DNA of 59,035 bases, the filler included, from Sluysia triapertura (lineage: Eukaryota): assembly GCA_046118255.1 (NCBI GenBank). It is 4 parts of 4 records of this genome, joined end to end, with 100 filler letters (N's around TTAATTAATTAA, not from the genome) between each part and the next. Parts side by side here need not be neighbours in the genome. Positions count along the whole stretch, not along the records: positions 1 to 12,446 come from JBJNIA010108535.1; 3 more parts are not named here. One strand, 5' to 3'. Each line of letters starts with the position of its first letter. Position 1 is the first letter of the stretch. Position numbers and translations under genes: made by a program. The notes under the pieces were generated by a model. The model searched no databases, was not told the origin of the DNA, and saw nothing but the letters and a program-made list of their open reading frames with translations. Shown here piece after piece: positions 1 to 12,546 of this stretch.

Positions 1-1146
1 ATTAGTATATGAAGTATATAAAGTACACTATCTATTTACGCAGATAGACAAAGCATACTATCAAGCAAATTGCAATTCTTGGAAATAAACTAATATTCAC
101 AAAAATAAAGTGTTCTGCTAAATACATTAATTCAAATTAGACATTTTGTTGGTGTTATCGTTTGAATTTAAATACATTAGTTAATTTTACATAAGTTTCA
201 TTCATGTAAGTTATGTAAGATGTGTAGTAAAATATAGTAATAATTTTGAAAGAGCTACTTTAATACAACTGATAAAATCTTTTCTAAAATAATTCTAAAA
301 TTATTATTAATTCGGATAAAAATTTATTCAATTTTCTTTTATATAATCTTGCGTCCGTTTTATTACATCTGTTACTATTTTATTTAACTTATATGAAAAT
401 AATCAAATGCGTTTGCCTATAGTATACTATTTACAAGGGTTATTCCTGACGTATCTCTGGGAAAGTGAAATCTATAATACGAGTCTAGAACTCTAACTTT
501 TGAAATTATATTAGAAAATAATAACTACAGAAAATAAATGTGCTACACTGTTTGTTGCTTCAGAAAAGTATAAAAGAATGCAAATAAATATTTTAAAGCT
601 AAGCTTATTTAACTTTCAAATACAATTTGATTTTAGGAACAATAATAAAAGTGCTTAGAATTAATATATAAATGTGTAATCTATATATACATATATAATT
701 GTTTCAGTACTAATTTAATTTATGATATAAAATCTAGGGTTATTTAACTTATATAGTTTCAATCCGTTAAAGTTTATCGTTATTTATTTTCTAGAACCAT
801 TTTAAAATGGTTCATAAAATCAATATTTTCACAATCCTGATTTTAAAACGATTTAAAATTTTATAATTAAACACTCATTATTAAGAGCAGCAGATCATTT
901 AATGGCTTCATAAAATCAAATTAAATCCATAATTAATATCAATTAACTTTACTGATCTTTGCAAACCTTTCTTATAACGTTACGTAAGCAGGCACTCTCG
1001 TCATGTATAAGTACATACATTGATCTCCATAAGTTCTTAATTGTATAAGAATCGGATCGCAAATGAACTCACCGATACAAAGTTTATTTTATGATTGTAA
1101 ATTAAACATATTCAAGCAAAACTACATCACAATTAATTAAATCTTA

Positions 1147-1147
<1 letters not shown>

Positions 1148-1205
<58 letters not shown>
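1148..1205. repeat. (ATT)n microsatellite
   Basis: Perfect ATT run. Similar runs occur at about 9143-9199, 24585-24637, 39666-39720, 43030-43071, 44434-44480, 45321-45390 and 58638-58678. Confidence 0.95.
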
Positions 1206-1206
<1 letters not shown>

Positions 1207-1964
1207 ATAATGTTCAAAGAAAAAATTCATTTATCAAATTTTTAAATATAATTTAAAATCTATTTAAAATAAAATTTAAATCACTGAGATTATAATGCTT
1301 TTATATTGATATTGCATAGATTTAGTATAAATTTAAAATTTAGTAACAAATAACAATAAAGTTTAGATCAAAATTGCATAAATAGTCATTTTACAGTGAG
1401 ATTCTATAAAAACAATATATTAAAATTTATAAACATCAAATCTCATAATTATAGTTAATAAAATTATTTTCAATTAGGAATCAATAAAAGTAATATGAAA
1501 GCAAACTTTAAGAACATAAAATCCGATTAGAATAAGGTAAATCATATTAAATTGAGATTAAATAGAACTAGTATGTAATTAAAAATTAAAAACATTCTTG
1601 ATCAAAATTAACTTAAAATAAAGATTTGATAAAATATACCAAAGTTATGTGTTATCGGCAAAAATCATCCTAAATTTTAGGTGAATAAAAACAATATAAT
1701 ATTAAAATTTAATAGCATAAAATTTGTCCGAACTTGAGGTAATTATTAATATATGAACTATTACTAATATATGAACTATTATTATTTTGTATAACGAACT
1801 ATTATGTTCTAAATAATTTGTTAACATTATCGTTAATAGTAATGATTTTCTAATAATAACATTAATTATATTATTATTGTGTTTTAAATATTTTGCTAAT
1901 TAGATGTCTTCTTATTTAGTATTCTTTATTATTTGTATAACATTATCGATTACTTTGTATAATA

Positions 1965-2362
1965 TTGATTTGATTTAATGTAACACCTTATCTTAAGGAA
2001 TTACATTGGTTGCCGATAAAAGCAAGAATCATAAAAAATCATGACAATAATTTACGCAAGTCCCGGATATATTTTAGAAATAATACGAAAATTGGAAACC
2101 AAGATGAATATTTCATTGAGGCATGATAATCTATACAAAAACCCACAGTGATAGGTTGTATACCGCTTATGTTTCAAAAATATACAACCAGTTACCAGAG
2201 AATGTCAAACTATTGGAAGATTATGAAATATTTAAGAAAAAGGCAAAGTTCTTTCTGTTTCAGAAATATTATTGAGAATGATTTACCTTAAGCGCTTTTG
2301 AGTACTTAGAGTAGAAATGAGCGCAATATAAATTAATATATTATTATTATTATTACTATTAC
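1965..2362 (+). mobile_element. 5'-truncated L2/CR1-group LINE, 3' end
   Basis: Frameshifted translation NVTPYLKELHWLPIKARI...ASPGYI...SKIYNQLPENVKLLEDYEIFKKKAKFFLFQKYY* matches the L2 ORF2 C-terminus (L..LHWLP, WN.LP, FK..LKT.LF). It is followed by the L2-type 3' motif AAGCGCTTTTGAG...GAAATGAGCGCAATATAAAT and an (ATT)n tail. Confidence 0.85.
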
Positions 2363-4648
2363 TATTTTTATTTGATTTATAAATGGGATCAATAAGTATA
2401 TAAATAGAGAAAAACAGAAACAAAATTCACAGTAGTAATTGATCAAATTTGGAAAGTTCTTTGTTAAATTTTGTTTAAGCTTCTCGATGCAAGTGTTTTA
2501 TCTAAAAACTTTAACTTAACTACACTACAAAATATCTGATGAGTACACGCTTTATATCAATTCTGGAGATCCGTTATAAGGATTTATACTTATCAAAAAA
2601 CTTAAAGTTTTAACTCAATCTACGTATACTTAATCGGCTTACAATGAGTGTGTTTAATCTTAAATCAATTATACTTAAGATAAACTTATAATTAATCAGT
2701 CTAACTGCTCTTTACAAATTTAAAATATGTTAATATACTTACACTAACCTTTTTAAGGTCTAGTTCAATGAAATTATAAATTACGCAAGACTTTTTAAAG
2801 TTTTGCACAAAATTAATTAATGAATTTATTTAATTTCTCTACCCTTTTTAAGGTGTAGATCAAGAGCTATTATTATATTTTAGAGATTTCACCAGCCGTA
2901 TTAAGGTCTAGTGGCAAAAAATGATTTTAGTTCAGTAATAATAAATTAAACAAACTTATTAACGTATATTATGAAACTAAACTTATAAAAGAATCTTATA
3001 CAGTTTTATACAAAAAAATTATAATAAATATAACGAGTTTAACTGTTCAACCTCAGTTGACTGCTTCACTGATTTTAAAAAAATTTGTTGCGCAAGCCTT
3101 ATTAAGGTCTTGAATAAAAAAACAAAATAGTTTTCGTGGATTTTAAAATTTCCTTAGAAGGTGAATTTGACAAACTTAAAAATAAAAAATTACTTCATCA
3201 TGGACATCAATAAAATATCTTATAATTTTTTTTCTAAAATTTTATTCTGTTTCACCTAAAATTTTCTAAAATTTTTGTTGTCTTATTTAATTAAAAACTT
3301 GCCTATTTATACCAAATTGATATACTCCATCTTGAAATATTTATTTATTTATTAAGTTACTGCATTAAAACAATTTTCTTTATAAATGTATTTTAAATAA
3401 ATTTTAGCATTATTTCAATATTGAATTTTATATTTTAAATAAATAATTTTTTTGCATTATTTTAACATTGAATTAGACTTTATTTTAAATTTGTTAAAAA
3501 AATAATCATTTAGATAAAAATATCGTGCAAAATATACAAAATAAAATTTATAATTATACAAACATATATAATATTCGCACTCTGACATCGACAACAAATA
3601 TTGAACGAAAGTGAAATATGTTTATAACCGTATTTACTACATTTGGCTAAACTTTTCGATAGAAGATATTGAACTGTCATGAATATACTTATAACCATAT
3701 TTAATCACGTAATAATTATTTTAAGAACGGACATTTATATTTAAATAAAATAATTATTTTTAATTGTCTTATTAAATGTTTTTATGATTTATAAAAATAT
3801 TTAATTTATTTGAATAAAAAAATAAAATATAATTTCTCGTAATTTTACTTAAGCGGAAAGAGATTGGAAATAAGGATCGGGGTTAGGCATAAACAACAAA
3901 ATTAATAATATTATAAAGTACATTAAGAAATTTAAGTTAAATTTCGATTTTACAAAGCGAATTAGACAAGTATGATAAATTAAAAAAATTTTTTATAATA
4001 TTAATGTTGTGCCTTTATACTAACAAATCAATATCGGATAATTTATTTAACAAGATCTCTATAATTTCGATAATCACTAATCCAATATAAAATTATCACA
4101 ATTTTTCTTATTTTATAATTGTTTTTTCAACCAAAAAATAAAGCTTTTAACATCAAATTAGTAACAACTCTATAATTTAATGATTGCAAAAATGAAATAC
4201 AAATTACTATTATAAGTCTTAACTGAACAGTAATAATAATGTCTAAAATTATAGGATTAACAATAACGTTTATAATAATATTAAGGGCACAATAGTATAA
4301 CAAAACCAGGAGTGACGCAACAAATATATGTCATCAAACAATAAACTAACGACTTTTTATTTTGTCTGGGATAAATCGAAGTCAACTCTGGAACGAAACT
4401 TGCAAAAATCTTTGTTAAAAATTTGAAAAAATAATTGCGTTGATATTGAGAATTTTATTGCTATTTACACTGATTTATAGAGTTGATCTTGATTTAGGTC
4501 AAACAAAAATTAACTAAATAATTTAAATTATAAAAATTTGTGAAATAATTTAATTATAAAAATATAATTAATATTAAAATTAATGAAAAATGAAATAATT
4601 AAATAATTTTATAAAATAAAAATAAGCTAACATTTAATAAAAATAACA

Positions 4649-7600
4649 TGTTAATTCCAATTAATTGTTTAATGTTCAATAATAAATCAATTCGACAATA
4701 ATAATAATAAATCGATAAATAAATCAATAATTGATTAAAATAATAACTTAAAATTGTGTGTTTTAATAATAGTAACATAAAATTGTGTGTTATGTGTTAG
4801 TGTAACATAACTCCCCCGATTAGCAAAATTGGTATCCAACTTTTGAATATTAAAAATTCATATCAATGACGTCCTCGCAGTCAAAATATTCGCCATCTTC
4901 CAATAAGTAACTAAGGTTTCCGAAGTCTTCGTCAAAATCGGTACCCACGGTTACACATTCTTCCTCGTCGTCATCGAGGTCTATGGATTGTTCCAATCTT
5001 TTACTTCTTTATAGCCTTATAGAGTCTGTCACAAATTTGTTGTTATTTGATATATGTAATTCAGGCGTGGCAAAATTAAAGATATTACATTTATTATTTG
5101 TGCAGCATGTGGTTTTTGTAAGATCTTGTAAAAAAGGAGACGAAGGCATAAGTATTAATTAATGATAAAAATGAGTGGTAATTAGTGTTAAAAATGACTC
5201 GTCTTTTGCACTTTTGATATTAAATACGGATATCGAGACTTTAATAGTGAACCGATTATTTAAGCAGCACCTAATGGATAAACTTATTAGTTTCTTATCT
5301 ATTTCCTTTGCAATGACTAATATTTCATCTATATTAGCTTGGATAGTTAAGTGTATAAAAGTTTTCCTTACTTAACTTATTCGTTGCCATTTTAAGTGAA
5401 TCAGCAGTGGCTCTACAAGTTAAACAAATGCATAGTAAAACTGATAACATTTGTATTTCACCATAATGATTTGGTAATCTTAAATCCGTGCCGTAATCAC
5501 ATAATGGTGATGTCATTATTGGTGGTAATGGTATTCCTGGAGGAGCAGAAAATCTATTAACTCTTGGAATAGAATAATGATTTTTATCATCATTATTAGA
5601 ATAGGAATATCATAATCATTAATAAGGTTATGATTAAGGTAATAATAAATAGTGTTGAAGCAATTATTAAAATAGTTATTGATGGATCTCATTTTGTGTA
5701 TCTATAATCGTAGCTTCCTTCTTATTTCCTTGTATGGTAAAATGAACTTGTTTAATAATTTTAGCCTGATTTTTTTATAAATATTATATGTCTATCTTCA
5801 GAATGTAAATAGTCCTTACAAATTTTTACAGGATATTCCGTATTAGGTAAAACATGTTTGTGTATTTCCCATGTACGAAAATTAAATCTTGCTGGACTAA
5901 TACATATATAATGTGCTTTAATGTTAGTTTTCGTCATTTTAACTTGTATTTCTGTATCATAATTTTAGAAGTCAAAATATTTTGATCTATAGATTCTTTG
6001 TGACGCATCCGTAATCGAAATCAGTGTTATTAAGGTAAGTAACACATTTTTTGCAACGTATTATTAACTTTCATTATTCTGTTACAAGTAATTATGTAAA
6101 TAGCATTTATATTATAGTAAATATAACAGGTCTATTATAGAAGCATTTTGTATGTCCAATTTATTTTTTCTGACATTATTAGTGGTGCTAATTACTTTAC
6201 TTGTTGTCATTGTTGACGGTATAGTAGTTTATTTATTGATATATGATGTTTATTATAAAGTATATCCATTAAATTTATGGTATTGATTTATTATACAAAA
6301 AAAATACTATCATTGTAGTGTAGTAAATTGAATGTTCACATTTAAAAATATTATTTATTAAGGAAGGTTTCTTTATTGATAATGGCTCAAAATATATACA
6401 ATACATGTCTAAGTTATAATTAGGAACTTCATTTCTATTATCAATTTCTGCTGCCCAAAATCGATTAAAAGTATTTGATAAGAAAATATCTTGTTTAGTA
6501 TCCTTATACTCTGTTAAATTTGATGGATATGATGTTATCATTATCATCAATTGAATAAATAATAATTTACAAATTGTTAATTAAGACAATTTATTACTTT
6601 GAATTCCTCATATAAACATTATACTACTGCTGTTACTACTACCATTATTATCATTATTATATGTTTCTATATCGGATGATGTTGAAGTGATTGTAGAATC
6701 CCACCAATCAAGGTTTTCCCAATTTGGAGTTGGTGTTGGCGATCGTGGAGGATTTAATGGAGAAATTTGATAATTTTGCTGGGCTGGTAATGGTGACATT
6801 GCTCTTGTTAATGATAGTAACACTAATTGTGGTAGTACTATATGTGCTCCTAATGGTATTTTAAGATATCCTAATCTACCATGAACTACAACGTTTTCTA
6901 ATTTGCTTAATACATTCATTCCTATTATTACTTCATAAGAGCATCTATCTCATACCAATATTGTTACAAATATGTCTATGTTTAAAATTGTTAATTGACT
7001 TTGTATTATTCCATTAAATTCGATATTTGAACCATATAATGAGAATAATCGTATACCAGCTTGTTGTAACATAGTAATTTCCAATGTATTTAATGTATTA
7101 TAATTAATAATAGTATTATTTGATCCAGTGTCTGTAACGAATCTTACCCACCTTTGATTAAATTTAATACTAAAAGATTTTGTACAAAGAATATGTTATC
7201 ATGTTTGCTATACATATTGGCTTATATGTTAATGGTTTAGATGGTGCGTTTATTGATTTAGGTAGTTTATCCCTATCTTTAATTCTTGGTTTGACTTTTA
7301 AAACGCTTTTTGTAACTTTCCTATCTCTTAAATTATATTCATTATTCGGTGTAATATACAACGATTTACGTACACAACAAAAGTTTCAGCATTCATATCA
7401 TTTTGTTTTCTAATGTATAAATTAGTAGAAGTCGTTTTCATTACTTCATATGGTCCCTTAAATAGTTTATATAGTTTTGGAGAATGTTCTGGTTTCGCTA
7501 TTGGATAATCTACTAATCATTTTTTGATCATTTGACCCGTCAACAAAAATTATGCGTGCTATATAAATTAAAGAAATTTTAAAATGCTATCATAAAGAAT

Positions 7601-7670
7601 GCAGAAATCTAAAGCACAAAAACGTTATGATGTTCGTTATAAAAGTCGTTTTTTATTAAAAGGATAATCA
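4649..7670 (-). mobile_element. Degenerate Gypsy-type LTR retrotransposon 3' portion: integrase C-terminus, aspartic protease, TM-containing accessory/env-like region, PPT and start of 3' LTR
   Basis: Minus strand reads LVDYPIAKPEHSPKLYKLFKGPYEVMK...FVVYVNRC (GPY/F integrase tail, about 7515-7355). Next comes WVRFVTDTGSNNTII...EVIIGMNVLSKL (retropepsin, DTG at 7124-7132), then a hydrophobic run at about 5600-5690 and an acidic end at about 4850-5000. The PPT ATCGGGGGAG (4811-4820) is followed by TGTTACA at 4807. The left LTR end is uncertain. Confidence 0.8.
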
Positions 7671-8379
7671 AGATTATATCAAAAGTGCTTATTTTATTTA
7701 AACATGCAGAACATAAATATAAATTTGGAAACAGAACCCATTAGTACGAACCTGAAATTATAAAAAATAATAATAAAAAATTAGTATTAATTATTTTCCT
7801 AAGAAATATAATAGATACAATTTACTAAATGTACAATTATATATGTACATTTACTAAAATAATTTCAATTTTATTTAATGAAATTAATCTTACCGAAAAT
7901 ACCTGGACTAATATTTACCAAGAATTCGCAAATTGTAGATCACAGTTAGATCCATATTTACGTGATTGCGAGTTTATTCCACGTCGCAAACTGCAAGTTT
8001 TTCAAATGAAATATTATCATGTAAATAATAATAATTTAAGAAACGTTCGAGTAACGGATATAAGTGTACGTATTTTATTATATATCGTTGTTTTATTTAT
8101 TTCTTTTTTAATGAAACATTCGTTAAGTTGATTAATATTTTATTGTTAAAATTTTTCAATTTGTTTTTTAAATAGGCTAAAATTAAAATTAAAATGTTAT
8201 TGTTTTATCTTAAATTTTTCTTAAATTATATAATTAAAATAATGCTCTAAAAAATACATACACAATTTCAAATTTAATGTAACATTCCGCATTCAAAAGT
8301 TATTCACAAAATGTATTTTTCCTTAATTAAGTTGATTAAGATTTTAATTAATTAGTCTATTTTAGACTTAATCTTATTT

Positions 8380-8730
8380 TGTGTTTAAAGGTTTTTATTA
8401 AAGTCCTAAACTTATTTAGTAGTTTATAAGGTATTCACGAGGCTCTAGATGTTTTCACCTTAACCTCTCTGATTCTATAATTAACTCCTTCATTATGTTA
8501 ATTATTACCATAACAATGATTTTATTTCTCAAATATTCTAAAGATTTTAAATACTTTATAAGGTTACTAAAGGATCTCAAATGCTTATCGATGTTCCAAG
8601 AATACCTAAATGTAACCAAGGTCTTAAACAATCTAAAAGTTCACAAGTGCAAAGGCACATCAATGTTTCGAAAGGTTTTCTAAATCCATCTCAAGCTTCC
8701 ATAAGGTCTTTGGAACTCGAAGGTATTCTT
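8380..8730 (+). pseudogene. Possible decayed collagen Gly-X-Y segment
   Basis: 9-nt periodicity. In VTK-GSQ-MLI-DVP-RIP...CNQ-GLK-QSK-SSQ most first positions are Gly or one base from GGN (GTT, GAT, AGA, TGT, AGT). Confidence 0.4.
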
Positions 8731-9141
8731 TAGCTATTAACATAATTATAAATGTTTTCATTTTCATGATTCTTATTCCAACAATGTTTATAATGTTCAC
8801 TCCATCATTTTGTATCAGATCTTCCTTCATTTTATAGTTCTATATGTTTCTTACTTAATTCCTGATCTGGAGTTAGGTAATCCCAACATTAAAATACATT
8901 TAAAAATTTTGAATAAATAAACCTTAAAGAAGTAGAACTTTTGAAGAAAATTATTAAAAATGTTCACACTTACAAATAAGACAAGTACAAAGTATAAATA
9001 TTATCAAAAGAGATTTTTATTTTATATTAGTAAATGAGGAAATATACAACGTTTAGTAAAACTTAAGTGCATTCAAAACAAAATAAAATAAAATATACAA
9101 GAATAAAATTGCATACAAAATAACCATTTTAATTTTTTACA

Positions 9142-9198
<57 letters not shown>

Positions 9199-9490
9199 TA
9201 TATTTTTGATAAATTTTCATTACATTTCCTTGAATCAGTTTTTTCTTTTAAATTACGATATATTAACTCCTTATAATGTTAATTTCCATTCGGATCATTG
9301 GTTATATATTTTATCACGTGTCATGTTGATTTTGGTTTTCAAAGCATTTAATAAAATATTCAGCTTCTACTTTTTTCATAATTTCTTGATGATTTTAACC
9401 ATAATTTGGCAAAAATATAGATCAAGTTCAAATAAGTTTGAAATTTAAAATTTAATTTATTAGAATATTTGTTTATTTTCTTTAAATCAG

Positions 9491-9784
9491 ACGATGCAGA
9501 AGAAGAAAATATAGAAAAAGACTTATCACAACATATCGATAAAATTATCAGTTCAGTAAATTACATTGCTTTATATTTGCAAAATGAAGATAATTATGAA
9601 CAGGTTATTATTTTTTTTACTTTATCATAAATAATTTCCTTAGGCATTGCACGATTGGAAATATGTAGCATCAGTAATCGATAGACTTATGCTTATTCTA
9701 TTTGCCACAGTGACTGCCTTAGGATCTATAGGCATTTTGGCAGACATGGAAAATCCTGATTCCAGCAAATATAAAATTCAGTGA
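9491..9784 (+). CDS. Nicotinic acetylcholine receptor (Cys-loop) subunit, last two exons (9491-9603, 9644-9784; 40-nt GT-AG intron); upstream exons not found in the window
   Basis: Spliced translation DAEEENIEKDLSQHIDKIISSVNYIALYLQNEDNYEQ|ALHDWKYVASVIDRLMLILFATVTALGSIGILADMENPDSSKYKIQ* gives the MA helix plus the DWKYVA.VIDR-M4 signature of nAChRs. Confidence 0.92.
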
Positions 9785-9947
9785 TCATATTTAAGGTTGA
9801 ATTAACTGTAATCATTTCAATGCTAATTTCTTAAAGAATAATATTTGATCCCATTAAACAATGAAATCTGTAATGATTTAAGTAATGAATTGTGATTTAA
9901 ATATACTCTTATAATACCGAAAGGCTAAATATATACAAATATATATA

Positions 9948-10092
9948 TGTTGGGATACAGGCCTAAGGTGCCATAGTGTAATTGAGTATAATAATCTAAA
10001 AATTGTTAGATGGGGCCGATAGCTCAGTGGTAGGGCATCGAACTGCGCAGCGAGAGGTCCCGAGTTCGTTCCCGGTCAGTCCATTTTATGAA
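9948..10092 (+). mobile_element. tRNA-containing LTR-like element, copy 1 (diverged, 3' end eroded)
   Basis: Starts TGTTGGGATACAGGCCTAAGGTGCCATA, shared with the copy at 24338-24435. A tRNA-like unit at 10012-10083 has an A box (TAGCTCAGTGG) and B box (GAGTTCGTTCC) and is followed by TTTTATGAA. Confidence 0.7.
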
Positions 10093-10339
10093 AAAGATAA
10101 AATATTGGAATGTCATTACGGAACTCCGCATTTATTTGACAAATGAACTCTGAAATAAGAAATAAAATTTTAAATTTTAAAATTTTAAATCTGAAAAATT
10201 GCATTAACCAGCATTTTCTATTATTACTTTATTAATTTTAAGATTTAGTATGTATATTTTGCTCCTAATTTGTATACCTGTTGTTTATTCGATTGTAGGT
10301 TATTTATTTAGAACAATATATTGAATGTTTTGTAACGTA

Positions 10340-10560
10340 ATGGCTGCAAGAAGCGTAACACGGCACTCTGTATTTGGCGATGCCAGTGAACTTCCTCACA
10401 ATGTACTTCCAACAAATCTTCAAGTTGCACAGCATTTCTTGCTTATGAAGAAAAGAAAGAATGATTCAAAGACAAATACAGAGCTGTGTCAGATGCTATT
10501 ATCAGTCTGTGGAACAAAGCTTCCATTCCAACGATGCATTTCCAATCTATAATCAATGTT
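10340..10560 (+). mobile_element. N-terminal fragment of a cc8K15.2-like putative DNA transposase (possibly hAT-related)
   Basis: MAARSVTRHSVFGDASELPHNVLPTNLQVAQHFL, then after a frameshift AVSDAIISLWNKASIPT. This is the LPT...W.KA.IPT pattern I recall for the N-terminus of that family. Confidence 0.55.
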
Positions 10561-10759
10561 GTGGAGGTTTAATGATTATTATGTTTCTCAAGTTGAGGTT
10601 AAAATCAGAATTAAACTTGAATTTATATTTATCTTTACAAATTATACTATTAGGTTTTGTTAATATTTTTTGATTTAAAATTTGTAAATCTAAACAAATT
10701 GCTAATTTCCTTTATACAAGAGTTGAAAATAACGACAAAATTTTACTTATTAAAAATTT

Positions 10760-11400
10760 TATTTTTGATATTTCGCTCCTACGTATGATTCTTCTTGTTG
10801 TTTCACCTTCTAATAAAAAATAATAATAATAATTGATAACACAAAGGATATAAAAATTGTTTACCTTAATGTTGTAGTCCATTAAAATACTATCAGACGA
10901 AGTAGTAGAGGTAACTAAAATACTCTTAAGTAATTCTGGAATTCTTTGTAAATGATTATTGCAACCCGCTTCATTCTCTTCATTTAGCTTTAATTCATAA
11001 ATAGAATGAACGTGGCGGCAGTATATTCCGTGCATTAAGCATATTCCATTGTTGCCGGTAGAAGCTGGACACAGAGCAGTTACACGAGCAATTTTATGAT
11101 CGTTGAACTTGTAATATTTATGTTCATTATCGTTAAGTTTAAAGTCATTAAGTTTATAATCATTAAGTAAGCAGAGATTATTATTATTGTCGTTCACTCC
11201 ATAAACCTTAGATTTATCTTCATTAAATTCATAGATATTATTATTATTAATAAATTCACGTACATTAAATTTATAATCATCATGTACGTGAATATTAATA
11301 ATAATGTTAAATTCGCAAATCTCGAATTAATATTCGTTACATTTGTGAATATTATTATAGTCATTAAAAAGATCGCGTACATTAAATTTATGAACATATA
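10760..11400 (-). pseudogene. Asn-rich repetitive ORF (N-D-x-K-L/F motifs) with a Cys/His cluster and a probable spliced last exon; one internal stop
   Basis: YVHKFNVRDLFND...*...LNDYKLNDFKLNDNEHKYYKFNDHKIARVTALCPASTGNNGICLMHGIYCRHVH...DYNIK|gtaaac...ttttattag|KVKQQEESYVGAKYQK*. No family recognised. Confidence 0.4.
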
Positions 11401-12446
11401 TTATTTTTATATAACTGTCTTCGAACTACTTCCTAAGGAAGGATAATGCCTTTTATACGCTAATTCATTAAATCTATGCATTTTTATACTAGATGACGTA
11501 ACGGAAGATACAAAATATCTATTTTATTTCCACTATGCGTAAAAAAAATTTTACATAATCAGTTCGACTACCTTGTACTGGTGCCATTCTGCTGTTACTA
11601 AAAAGCCTTCATTAACAATTCATTAGTAAATGCATCGGTTTGTTTATTTCAAAACAATATAATAAGCATTAATGAAATAATAAACTTTTTTTAAAAATTA
11701 AATAAGTGATAAAAATGTTAAAGAAATTATGAAAAATTTTTTGGCAAATAATTTTATGTTCACGATTAATAATCTTTTCTTCAATGAAATGTAGCTAATT
11801 CATATTTGATTTTTAGATTTTTGACCATTTTAGAGTTTATCATTATTAACATTATTATTATTAAATAATAAATGTAAATAAAAATAAAATATTTTTACAT
11901 TAAATGTTAAGAATTTTAATACAATGTTCGCAAAAATACAAAAGGAAAGTATTCGATGGTTTGCGAACGCGTGATTTCAAAGTGAATTTAATGAATTATG
12001 TTGTGATATAACTTTAAGATACTATAAATTATAAAATGTTTGAGTTTGTTGATGAAATGGTTCGATGAATAATATGTATTAATTGATTGTAAAATAAGGA
12101 ATCATTAGATGTGTAGTTAAAATCAGGAGTTACGTTAGATTTGTTGTGAGTTATAGGTTAATTATGTGTAGTAAAAGAATACGTTATGAATTGAGCCAAG
12201 TTTAGTGTTGTTTTTTCCAAAGTATAGTTTTATCTATTTTAAAAGAACTTTGATTTGATAAAGTATTTTCTAGTTCCATGGCACAAAGTGATACTTGTTT
12301 AATTATGGTAGAAAAGCTGATGGTAAAACACATTGTTGTGAGGGCGTTCATATTGTTGAAGTAATCTAGGGAATGCTTGAAAAGTTTATACATAATAGCA
12401 AATGTAATGGGATTCGAGAGTGAATTGATTAGTGTACGAAAGTGTA

Positions 12447-12546
12447 NNNNNNNNNNNNNNNNNNNNNNNNNNNNNNNNNNNNNNNNNNNNTTAATTAATT
12501 AANNNNNNNNNNNNNNNNNNNNNNNNNNNNNNNNNNNNNNNNNNNN
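12447..12546. other. Assembly gap with synthetic linker
   Basis: N44-TTAATTAATTAA-N44; the linker places stop codons in all six frames. Confidence 0.97.

Noticed and set aside
7829-8131. 100-aa ORF as an nAChR loop exon
   Set aside because: No Cys-loop receptor motif and no convincing phase-compatible splice sites.
12491-12502. TTAATTAATTAA palindrome repeated three times in the window
   Set aside because: Always centred in exactly 44+44 Ns, so it is a synthetic contig spacer. Adjacency across these gaps is not trusted.
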